Both the position numbers and the translations under genes were made by a program. Positions 25,480 through 35,974 of a DNA stretch of 64,000 nt are shown one piece after another; position 1 is the stretch's first letter, and every line of letters begins with the position of its first letter. The notes beneath the pieces are model-generated. The model saw only the letters and a program-made list of their open reading frames with translations, ran no database searches and was not told the origin of the DNA. The stretch spans positions 86,164-150,163 of the forward strand of contig NW_026851538.1 in assembly GCF_026571515.1 (NCBI RefSeq). The letters are read 5' to 3'. The DNA is from Ruditapes philippinarum (lineage: Eukaryota).

Positions 25480-25725
25480 GAGCCGTTTGCAACCAGCATG
25501 GATCCAGACCAGCCTGCGCATCCGCGCAGTCTGGATCAGGATCCATGCTGTTCGCTTACCGCGCAGTCTGATCAGGATCCATGCTGTTCGCTTACAAACC
25601 CTATAACAAGTAGAGAAACTGATAGCGAACAGCATGGATCCTGATCAGACTGCGCGGATGCGCAGGCTGGTCTGGATCAATGCTGGTCGCAAACCCATAA
25701 TGTTGGTTTTGTCCTGACACGGCTC
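25480..25725 (-). mobile_element. Nested-palindrome MITE, copy 4 (left TIR partly deleted, internal 40-bp duplication)
   Basis: Flanking AAAT/AAAT. Internal duplication cgcgcagtctg(g)atcaggatccatgctgttcgcttac x2. Abuts a copy of the ~360-bp dispersed repeat. Confidence 0.8.
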
Positions 25726-25789
25726 AAATAACTGTGGTAGTAAAGATGACAAAAGGTGGATTTGGTGCTAGGATTTGACTGTGTTAAAT

Positions 25790-26900
25790 ATAACTTTACA
25801 GTGAGTAAGGAACAGTTATAACATATAAGTAATTATATGGTATACAATGTTTCATACACATGAGAACTTTATGGGACAGACATTACAAACACATGATAAC
25901 TGTTGTGCACAGACCGTTTTGAGCACATATATACAAATGTAGTAACTTTTTGGTACAGAACATTTCAAACACATAGTTTCTGTGTTTGACAAAACATTTT
26001 GAACACATAGAAATTGTGTTGGAAAAAAGATTTAAAACAGATAGTTAAGTTAGTGTTTTGGACAAAACATTTTGAACACATAGTAACTGTGGGGAACAAA
26101 ACATTTTGAACACATGGTTACTGTGTGGAACAAAACATTTTGAACACATGTAATTGTGTGGAATAAAACATTTTGAATACATAGTTACTGTGTTGGACAA
26201 AACATTTAAACACAGCATTTTGAACACATAGTAACTTTGTGGAACAAAACATTTTGAAATCAAAGTAACTGTGTGGAAAAAATATTTTAAACACGAAGTA
26301 ACTTTGTTGGACAAAACACGTTTTGAACACATAATAACTGTGTGAAACAAAACAATTTGAACACATAATTATTGTGTGGAACAAAAATTTGAACACATAG
26401 TAACTTTGTGGACAAAACATTCTGAACACATAGTAATTATGTTGGACAACACATTTTGAACACATAGTAACTGTGTGGAACAGAACATTTTGAACACATA
26501 GTAACTTTGTTGGACAAAACACCTTTTGAACACTTAGTAACCTATTGGACAAACCATTTGAAACACCTAGTTACTGTACAGAACAAAACATTTTGAACAC
26601 ATAGTTACTGTGCAGAACAAAATATTTTGAACACATAGTGACTGTATGGGACAAAACATGTAGTTATGTTGGGGACACATTTTAAAGATATGTCTGATAC
26701 AGGACAGTGAAAACACATAGGAACTGTGTAGAATAGAATTCTTTGAACACAGACTAACTGTTTTGTAGAGATTTTTTGAACACATAGTGTATATGTAGTA
26801 TAGAACCTTTTGAACTCATAGTAACTGTATTGATAACCTTTTAAACTCACTTATAGTAACTATTAAAAGCAAATTGTTACTATGTGGTTCAGAACATATC
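25790..26900. repeat. ~36-bp minisatellite x ~30 (aacattttgaacacatagtaactgtgtggaacaa)
   Basis: Direct reading. It generates the artefactual Cys-rich ORFs 26045-26850 (-). Confidence 0.9.
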
Positions 26901-27079
26901 GAAGAGTCTTGAACACATAGAAACTGGTATAAAGTTTGCAGTTCATAAGCAAGAACGTTTTAAAGAAACGAAGAAAAAATGGTTGGTTGCTGTAAACACA
27001 AGCAGTAACTTTATTTTATTTTATATACATATATATCCTTTCCTTCCTTTAAATGCTCAAATATTATCTTCTTATTTTT

Positions 27080-28385
27080 AGCTCACCTGTCACAAAGTGA
27101 CATGGTGAGCTTTTGTGATCGCTTTTCGTCCGGCGTCCATCCGTCCGTAGACTTTTACTTTAAATGACATCTCCTCATAAACCACATAGCTAATTTCATC
27201 CAAACTTCACAGGAATGTTCTTTTGGTAGTCAACTTTAAAAATTGTTCAAAGAATTTAATTCCAAGCAGAACTCTGGTTGCCATGGCAACCGAAAGAAAA
27301 AACTTAAAATATCTTCTTTTAGAAAACTGCAAGAGCTAGAGCTAAAATATTTGGCATGAAACATCACCTAGTCATAGTCTACCAAGTTTGTTCAAATAAA
27401 TGCCCTGGGTTCAAAATTGGCCCCGCCCCAGGGGGTCATTGATTTTCCTTATTTGTATATAGGAAAAACTTAAAAAATCTTCTTCTAAAAATCCCCAAAT
27501 AGCTAGAGCTTAAATATTCAGCATGAAACATCTTCTAGTAGGTGTCTACCAAGTTTGTTCAAATAAATGCCCTGGGGTCAAAATTGGCCCCGCCCCAGGG
27601 GGTCATTGATTTTCCTTATTTGCATGAAGTAAAAACTTAAAATATTTTCTCTTAGAAAACCGCAAGAGCTAGAGGTTAAATATTTAGCATGAAACATCAA
27701 CTTTTCAGTGTCTACCAAGTTTGTTCAAATAAATGCCCTGGGGTCAAAATTGGTCCCGCCGGGGGGGGGGGGGGTCATTGGTTTTCCTTATTTTATATAT
27801 AGTAAAAACTTAAAAAATCTTCTTTTAAAAACCCCATATAGCTAGAGCTTAAATATTAAGCATGAAACATCTTTCAGTGGGTGTCTACCAAGTTTGTTCA
27901 AATAAATGCCCTGGGGTGAAAATTGGCCCAACCCTGGGGGGTCATTGATTTTCCTTATTTGCATATAGTAAAAACTTAAAATATTTTCTTTTAGAAAAAC
28001 GCAAGAGCTTAGATATTTGGCATGAAACATCACATAGTCAATGTCTACCAAGTTTGTTGAAATAAATGCCCTGGGATCAAAATTGACCCCACCCTGAGGC
28101 GTTATTTTCTAGTTAGCGTCTTCCAAGTTTGTTTAAATAAAAGCCCTGGGGTCAAAATTGGCCCCTCGAGTGGGGGTCATTGTTTTTTCCTATATGTGTG
28201 TAGTAAAAACTTTAAAAAAAATCTTCTTTTTAAAACCCCAAAGAGTTAGATATTTATCATGAAACATCTTCTAATCGCTGTCTACCAAGTTTGTTCAAAC
28301 AAAAGTCCCTGGTTTAAAATTGGCATTGGCTCAGGGGGCTATATACAGGTGAGCGATTTCAGGGCCATCATGACCCTCTTGTTTT
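27080..28385 (+). mobile_element. Composite hairpin-headed element with ~170-bp satellite array, copy B
   Basis: Same head (agctcacctgtcacaaagtgacatggtgagct) and same tail (caggtgagcgatttcagggccatcatgaccctcttg). About 7 tandem units, with a G14 run at ~27762. Confidence 0.65.
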
Positions 28386-29119
28386 TTATTCTTTGCTTGG
28401 TACTAAGTATTTGAAAAAAATATGTATTTTGATTAAAAATTGCCAAAACCAGAATAGTGTTTTTATTTTAAAAAAAAATGACTTAATTTGTGGCCAATGA
28501 GAATCAGTGCTTATGTTAATAATACAACATTGCAGGTCAGTGCTCCAATATTGAACCTATTGTTAAGACAGTTTATTGAACTGCAGGCGATTTACGTCAT
28601 TTAATCTGCAGACTAATGGTCGCATATTTGAGAAAAACGAGGCAGTCTATTAAGCGTCTGCAGATTTTTGTTTGTTTGTTTGTTTGTTTGGATTTTTACT
28701 GCACGTCAACACATACCTGGCCATATCGTGCCGAATGCTATAATTCGGCACAAAAAAAATCTGCAGACGCTAAAAAGACTGCCTAATTGCAGACGCTAGT
28801 CGTTTTTCTCGAGATATACGAAAGAGGTAAGACCATAAGTTTGGTTCTCTGACTACCGGAAGTACATCGGGCCAAGAACTTTTTAATCAATCCTCGTATG
28901 GTAAAAATACTACAGAATACACACGCTTGGTAGACTGAATAATTGCAGACGGATGTCGTCCTTCCATAGATATATATGCTAATAAGACTGACGAATTGCA
29001 GACGAATGTCGTCCCTGTATAGATATATATATATGCTAATAAGACTGACAAACTTTTTTCAGCCGATAAGACGCTAAACAATTATCCACGAGCTCTTGAA
29101 AATCGACCGGCATCTTGTC

Positions 29120-29335
29120 AAACACCAGGAACACATTGGAACCATTTGGACGACATTACTTTCGAATCCCACGAGGTTGTTTGGAGGAAACTATCCAGCT
29201 AACTTACGAACGTTGGTGTGTTGTATTCAGGTGCCCGCTCGTGCCTGAACGGGAAACTAAGGTCTCCCTCCGTCAGTAATGCTGGAAAGTCGTCTGATAA
29301 TCTTTACAATGTCGTTGTAAAAAATATAAGACAAA
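29120..29335 (+). mobile_element. tRNA-derived SINE, 5'-truncated copy
   Basis: Body homologous to the 29942 and 53478 copies (ggaggaaactatccagctaacttacgaacg...attcaggtgcccgctcgtgcctgaacgg...). Confidence 0.5.
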
Positions 29336-29941
29336 TTAATGAGACCTAGCATATTTTTTTCTTATTGCACAGCAAGATTATCATGTCTTAATGACATGCA
29401 CTGTATGATGGTAAAACAGCTTGTCAAAACAGGTAAAATGTACGTGTTAAAAGTAAGGAAAATAAATTGATATTTAATATCCATGGGACATTTTGTGTGG
29501 TTTATTCGGAATTATTTTCCTCCTTATATTTCTTTACAAACTAATGAAATAAGGGCGTGTATTTGTATAATTTGATACAGTTGAGGATATTGACTGTGCT
29601 AGTTTAAAGGCCCATTTAGTCTTAAAAATCACCTTTTAACTTCTTCAAAAAGGTCAATCGAGTTTTATATTTTTCAGTAAAGAATAAAGAGCAGAAAAAT
29701 AAAGAGCATGATATATGTTAAATAAGACTGGAGGAAGTAGCACTGAACGTGCGATAAAATGTCTTAAAGGTAGCAAAATGTTAACAAAGTAGTATTTTGA
29801 TTTACAAAAAAACACTATATCAGTAAAATTATACCTATTCCTAAAGAGGAAAAAGTTCATTTGTATAATAATCTTGTTTATAAATTTGCACAATTTAATA
29901 TTTTGAAATCTGTGTTTTCCAAACAGAGTATGTTCTGTTCT

Positions 29942-30188
29942 GGGGCGTCCGTGGCCGAGTGGTTAAGGTCGTTCACTTCAAACCACTTGCCATTCACCGC
30001 TGTGGGTTCGAATCCCTACAGGGACTTTGAATTTTTTCATGTAACCTTACGGAACGTCGGTGGTTCTACTCAGGTGCCTGTTCGTGTCTGAGATCTTCCT
30101 CCACCAGCAAAGCTGGAACGTCGACATATGCCATGTAATCTGTCGGTGTGACGTAAAATCCATTCAAACAAACAAACAAACAAAATAT
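29942..30188 (+). mobile_element. tRNA-derived SINE, full copy with (CAAA)n tail
   Basis: Head ggggcgtccgtggccgagtggttaaggtcg...ccgctgtgggttcgaatccc (tRNA-like A and B boxes). Body ...catgtaaccttacggaacgtcggtggttctactcaggtgcctgttcgtg...cttcctccaccagcaaagctg.... Tail caaacaaacaaacaaacaaaat. Confidence 0.6.
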
Positions 30189-30859
30189 TCTGTTCAGTTA
30201 TGTATGACCGATGAGTAACTTTTGGAAAAAGTAACCAGATCACCGACATATATTTTTTTCATATAAAAATGATAAAATTTTGACGGTTGTCAATTTGTTT
30301 CTTTGTCAAAATTGCACATTTCAAAAAAAGATATAAATAAACAAATAAATAAAATTAAAAGCTTTGATTTGACAGCGTGGCAAATACTTATTTACACGTA
30401 ACCGTCGAAATATCATTATTGGATATACGTACTAACAAACAATCGGTGAATAACATTGAAAATGTCAAGTGTTTTACTTATGTTATCATGTTAAAGGCGA
30501 CGAACATGTAATGTTCATATGCTGAATAAATAATTGAATTGACTAATGAATATAAACAAAGACCATTGTTGCAAAAAATAACAAAGACAACAAAAACCAC
30601 AAACTCAAAGCAGAAAGTCAAGAGACACTTGTCTTGTTATTTCAATAATCACGTGTTATTGTATTGTTAATACAACTTTGTTGCTCAGTTTAACGTCATG
30701 TGAGTTATCTTAAGTCACGTGACTGTACATGTATATTTGTGAATATAGTTTTAATTGTCTTATGAACGTTAACTTTGAAAAATATTACAAACAAAATATG
30801 CCAGAAACATTACGTATAAAATCTTTTTTTTTATTCAAAACAACCAATTCGGTTGTTTT

Positions 30860-30955
30860 TGTACTTCGCTAAAATGATGTTTACACTTTGTGACGTTTAC
30901 ACTGTATGATGTTTACACTGTATGGTGTTTACACTGTATGGTGTTTACACTGTAT
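30860..30955. repeat. 20-bp tandem repeat x ~4.5 (gatgtttacactgtatggt)
   Basis: Direct reading. Confidence 0.8.
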
Positions 30956-31616
30956 GTGTCAAATATAGTTTTTTTTTCGCAAAAGTAATCAAAGTTTAGC
31001 CGACTTATCTTTTTTAACTGTCGGCTTGGCCATAATTGAATGCTAAAATGACGCCCTCTTGTACATGTTTATCCTATAAGATTTGCATTAATTAGTGTAC
31101 TTGTTTACAAATACTTGAGTTCATGATGATCAAATGTACACGTTTTTTTACATAAAAGTAAGTATTGTAAAGTTTCACGTCTAATAAAATTATGTCATCG
31201 AACGTACATAAAATGATTATGACCTTAATCATGAATGACGTAAAAGAAAAATTTACGCGTTTTCATTTTTCAGTTGTTTTGTGCACTTCGCCATTAATTA
31301 AATACCCCCCCCCCCAAAAAAAAAAAAACAAAAAAAAAACAAAAAAAAACAAATAAAAAAAATCACTATTGCAACTGTTCCACCTACTTCATAAAACATT
31401 TTTTCATTTAAAAAAAAACATGTCAACAGAAAACGTAAAAATTTGATTTTACTGTTGCCCCCTTTATTTCACCATTTTATAACACTGCACGTTTGTAACG
31501 TCGCTTTTCATTGGATAATCGTGACGTTTATATAGTTTTATATACACGGCTGCTGTCGATTCATGAAGAAATCTTACTTTTTCTCTAAAAATGATGATTG
31601 CTGTATTATAAATTCG

Positions 31617-31753
31617 TTATAAAGATTGTTGACAGGTTATATGACCGTATATATATAAACGGCTGTTTGCCATATAACCCTCGCCTAGCGGCTCAGGTCA
31701 TATTTACAAATAGCCGTTTATATAGGGCCATATAACCTGTCAACAATCTTTAT
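31617..31753. mobile_element. Small palindromic MITE (~137 bp) flanked by TTATAA
   Basis: agattgttgacaggttatatg(a)cc ... ggccatataacctgtcaacaatct inverted termini. TTATAA on both flanks, which could be a TSD or part of the TIR. The interior is also palindromic (ccgtatatatataaacggc / gccgtttatatag). Confidence 0.5.
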
Positions 31754-33089
31754 AACCAATATTATACACACTCAATACTTATAAGGCAACATCATTTTGG
31801 TTGTAGCTAAGAGATACCGCTCTAGAGATGTTACACGTATCTTGTACTCTTACCATTCAGCAGATTTTATAGTGCTGATAAAAAGGTGACCGCTGTGCGA
31901 AGGTTGCACTGTATTAAATTGAAAGTATTAACGAACAGAAAATTGCATATACATGTATGAAAGTTATCATACATCCGGTAAGAAAAGCTATTCATTTTCA
32001 GTAAAACAACAATTGTCCTTCATAAGTGTTTCGTATCATGTGCCTATGTTATCATTAAGCGAAACTTTTTTGCATTGTTTTCTTCCGCGTGTACACACTC
32101 AAACGGTTAATATTAATGTTGAAATCACTTGGACACTGTATTTCAAAAGTTATAGACATTGTACTTATATAGGTATGTTGTTTTTAGAAATTATATATTC
32201 ATATATTTATTTCGATTTTTGCTTAGCATATTATCAATACTGATTTCTTTTTATTGTAATTACTTTGCCTACGAATGGGTCCTGTTTGGGCCATTTGAAA
32301 TGTCGCCTTTGACATGCGATACTAGTATATACAGTTAATCTTTTGTGGTGACCTCGCGAGGATATAATTTTATTGTTGCGAGAATCCGCCTTTGACATGT
32401 GATACTTCGACTAGTAGTAAATCTCATTTGGTGACCTCGCGAGAGTATAATTTTATTGTATTGCGAGAATCTAAGTTAAACTTGCGAGAAATTAAACGTT
32501 TAGAATCGTAAGAATGTAACAAATAATTTAATTAAAAGGTCGACGTAAGAGATTTAGTCAAAATCGCGAATGTTGGTTTAAACATATTTATTTAAGCTCG
32601 ATTACGAAATAAGTTATTGCAACTTAATTTAATCACTTTCGAGTCTGCTTCCTGGAAACAACCAGTACTGGTGTCATATGAAGAAACATGGTCGTGACCC
32701 GATTAGGGTTCGAACCAATGATCTCTGGGTTGAGAGGTAGATACCTTAACCAATAGGCCACCGCTCCCCTTTGCGAATGTCAACAGGCGACATTTGAATG
32801 GCGTCAACTGGACACCGTATCTTTGTGACGTGAGTCTGCAATAAACGCAGGTTCCGTTTATCTTTTTAAAATGGCAAAGTTTTCGTAAAAACTATATTCA
32901 GTTGAACATAAAAAATTACTATCCATCACCTGTTTTCTATACATGTATATATTCTATAGTTATTCAGCACAGTAGATGACTTATATCAAACTAAATTGTA
33001 GAACAGATTTCGTGTTTGTATGGATATTTTGACAGTAGAATTCTTTTATCCTATTGCGGGACATGCCAAAATTAATAACAAAAATACAA

Positions 33090-33800
33090 ACTAACTTATC
33101 ATAAAATTTATATAATCTAGCTAACTATATAACATTCATACAATCTAGCTAATTATAACATTTATAATATCTAGCTAATAATATAACATTTATACAACCT
33201 AACTAATTATAACATTTATACAACCTAAATATTAATAACATTTATATAACTTAGTAGAATATCTACCTTCCTAGTCATAACATTTACACAACCTAATTAT
33301 TTAAAACATTTGTACAACCTAAATAACTATAACATTTATGCAACCCAACTAATTATATCATTAATGCAGGCTAGCTAATATAATAACATTTATACACCCT
33401 AACTTTTCATAACCTTTAAACAACCTAACTATTCATAACAGTTATACAATCTAACTAATTATTACATTTATACATCTTAATTTATCATAACATTTACACA
33501 ACCTAACTAGTATATCATGTTTAACAACCTAACTAATTATATAACATGTACACAATCTTTCTTATTATAAAAATTATACTATCTAGCGTAGTATAATATT
33601 TATACAAGCTAACTAGTTATACAGTATTACATTTATACAACCTAACGCTTTATAACATTTATACAACTCAACTAATTATAACATTTATGGAACCTAACTA
33701 ATTACATTGTATAACATTAAAATTTTATACAATCCATTTATACAATCTAATTAATTCTAACATTTATACAACCTAACTAATTATAACATTTATAAACGTG
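33090..33800. repeat. ~27-bp minisatellite x ~25 (aacatttatacaacctaactaattat), immediately upstream of the claudin-like A start
   Basis: Direct reading. The array ends ~50 bp before the ATG at 33851. Confidence 0.9.
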
Positions 33801-33850
33801 CTTTATTCTTATGACTGACCGAGTATATATATTTTTTAGACTGTTTGGAA

Positions 33851-34052
33851 ATGAACAAGTTTTTAGTTGCTGGTTTAGTGGTATGTGTACTTGCTACTAT
33901 TGTATGTATACTCAGTACTTCCATACCATACTGGCTATATGGACATTCCAAATCATATGGGATAGAAACGTCGGTAGCGTCTGGCCTCTGGCAGGTTTGT
34001 GTTAGAAGTAAAATCCAGAGTTCAACAGAAACATCGTGTTTCAAAAACAGTG
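33851..34052 (+). CDS. Claudin/PMP22-superfamily 4-TM protein, copy A, exon 1; MNKFLVAGLVVCVLATIVCILSTSIPYWLYGHSKSYGIETSVASGLWQVCVRSKIQSSTETSCFKNS
   Basis: ATG at 33851; the track ORF starts 6 nt earlier at an alternative TTG. TM1 followed by the claudin signature W...GLW..C...C. TATA-like tatatatattttt at ~33823. Donor G|gtgagt, phase 1. Confidence 0.7.
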
Positions 34053-34541
34053 GTGAGTTAAAGACACCGATCATCGTAATTTTTGACAATTGTATTGATA
34101 ATGACGGTTAGTTGTCTATAACCACATTAAACACTTTCAACAAATTATTTTTAAATTATTAAAATAAAAAATATATAAATTAAAAATCCAACAATGTATA
34201 ATCGCTCTGACGGCTGAAGTCAAAGCCTAAGTATCAACCAATAGTAGTTATGATGCAAAAATGTCCTTTAAAATGTTATTGAACACTTTTTTCAATGTAA
34301 CTAGATCTACGTCAAAAAGTTTGTTTCGGTTTTCCCTGCGAGCTGAACGGCTTTGTGCTATAACGGACGCCATCATAAACAATATTCATTTTACGAAATA
34401 ATTTTACCAATGGCTAATCAGTGCATGGAAATACTAAGTTTAGATTTAGAATGAACAAAACTAACACACCTGTATCATTTTCATAATAATTTATATATTA
34501 TTCATTATTATATAATAATTCATATACTATTTATCTCGTAG

Positions 34542-34694
34542 ATTTGGCATCATGGATGAAAGCGGTGCGAGCTATGATGATTCTTGGTATACTTTTTATG
34601 GCAATGAGCGCTGCTATTGCGTGCTTATATCTTGTGAAATTCTACACGAATAATCATGTCTATATCTGCACGGTTTTCACGGCAGCTCTAGGAG
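34542..34694 (+). CDS. Claudin-like copy A, exon 2 (TM2-TM3); DLASWMKAVRAMMILGILFMAMSAAIACLYLVKFYTNNHVYICTVFTAALG
   Basis: Acceptor tctcgtag|AT and donor GGAG|gtttgt, phase 1. The track ORF 34544-34888 reads through into the intron. Confidence 0.7.
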
Positions 34695-34859
34695 GTTTGT
34701 ATTGGTTTATTTCTCTCTTAATAATGCTGCATTTTTGTTACGTCAATTTTCATTGGATAATCGTAAAGTTTATATTTTTCTTTGTACATGTTTATGCACA
34801 AAGAATCTTAAAGTGTAGCTTTATAATTTCATTGGTTTATATATATATGTTTGCTCCCC

Positions 34860-35085
34860 ATATAACTCTCGTCATTGGCGTTATATAACCTATATAACCA
34901 TCGCTAAGGGCGTTATATAACCCTCGCCAAATACGTTTTAAAACATACATAGCCCTAGCAAAGTGGCGTTATTAACCCAAATAACCCTCGCTAAGTGGCG
35001 TTATATAACCCATATAACACTAGCAACTGGCGTTATATAACCTATATAACCCTCGTCAAAGACGTTATATAACCATGAAAACTTG
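34860..35085. repeat. ~44-bp tandem repeat x5 (ggcgttatataacc-tatataaccctcgc-aa) in claudin-like A intron 2
   Basis: Direct reading. The motif ccatataaccctcgc is shared with the interior of the 31617-31753 MITE. Confidence 0.8.
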
Positions 35086-35249
35086 AAAATTAACATTTTG
35101 AATAATGTAAACAGTATTGCTTCATATTTTCATTTCCTCATCGGACATTGCCAATAAATGTACAAAATAAGTGAACGATATGTTTAGCAGTTCGTAAACT
35201 TTTCATTTTTTTCTTACATAAACTATATTCTTATTTTTTTCCAAATCAG

Positions 35250-35428
35250 GTGTGTTCGTGATTGTCGGGTTCGTTGTTTATGCCAGTGAATTTAACAAGG
35301 AAAATCAAACTGCAGTCCATTTAAGTGGCGCATTTTATTTGGCTGTCTTATCAGCTGTCCTGGCGTTCGTTGCGGCAAGCCTGTTTGTCATTTCGAGAAG
35401 GTCCGCTGGAGGGTATAACACAATTTAG
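35250..35428 (+). CDS. Claudin-like copy A, exon 3 (TM4 plus tail); GVFVIVGFVVYASEFNKENQTAVHLSGAFYLAVLSAVLAFVAASLFVISRRSAGGYNTI stop
   Basis: Acceptor tttttccaaatcag|G. Stop TAG at 35426-35428. Total ~178 aa, typical for PMP22/EMP/claudin-like proteins. Confidence 0.7.
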
Positions 35429-35753
35429 AGTCCGCATACCGTAAAATTTCAGTTGAAATACTTGTAGAGATGACGTCATTTCATTTTTGGTTTTATTAAT
35501 GGTGACAACATATTACTTTCTAATATTTGCATTTTATTGGATCTTTCACGAAAACAAAATAAATACCTAGTGTTTTATGTGGCCCCTTAACCTTATATAA
35601 ACTTTGAAGCTACTTTCCCACTCACAACAAGCCTAAAAACATCAAACAGTTTCCAGTTTCACTTGACACAGAAATAAACACCCATATTTATCACACCCAC
35701 TATTTTAACATGTAGCGAGGACAGCTTGATGCAGGTAAAACTTCAATATAAAT

Positions 35754-35974
35754 GAGCCGCGTCACGACAAAACCAACATAATGCGTTTGCTTCCAGCATG
35801 GATCCAGACCAGCCTGCGCATCCGCGCAGTCTGATCAGGATTCATGCTGTTCGCTGTCAGTTTCTCTACTTGTTATAGGGTTTGTAAGCGAACAGCATGG
35901 ATCCTGATCAGATGGCTGGTCTGGACCCATGCTGGTCGCAAACCCATTATGTTGATTTTGTCGTGACGCAGCTC
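35754..35974 (+). mobile_element. Nested-palindrome MITE, copy 5 (reference copy)
   Basis: gagccgcgtcacgacaaaaccaacataatgcgtttgc...loop gtcagtttctctacttgttatagggtttgtaag...cccattatgttgattttgtcgtgacgcagctc. Flanking AAAT/AAAT. 326 bp downstream of the claudin-like A stop. Confidence 0.85.

Noticed and set aside
26045-26850. Long minus-strand ORFs (up to 144 aa, Cys-rich, repetitive: ...CVQNVLFHTVTMCSKC...)
   Set aside because: They lie entirely within the ~36-bp minisatellite array. The periodic protein sequence simply mirrors the DNA repeat. There are no splice or start context and no homology.
22986-28385. CRISPR-like regular repeat arrays
   Set aside because: This is a eukaryotic intron-containing context. 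The repeat units are 160-170 bp satellite monomers or 20-44-bp minisatellites without unique spacers, and there are no cas genes.
29942-30020. Possible tRNA genes (also 53478-53560 and 21084-21160)
   Set aside because: These are tRNA-like heads of SINE copies. They continue without a terminator into a conserved SINE body and I cannot build a canonical acceptor stem, so I expect pseudo or low scores from tRNAscan-SE.
34695-34888. Extension of track ORF 34544-34888 beyond GGAG|gtttgt
   Set aside because: This is read-through into the intron. The paralog (copy B) and the TM4-encoding exon at 35250 show that the real exon ends at 34694.
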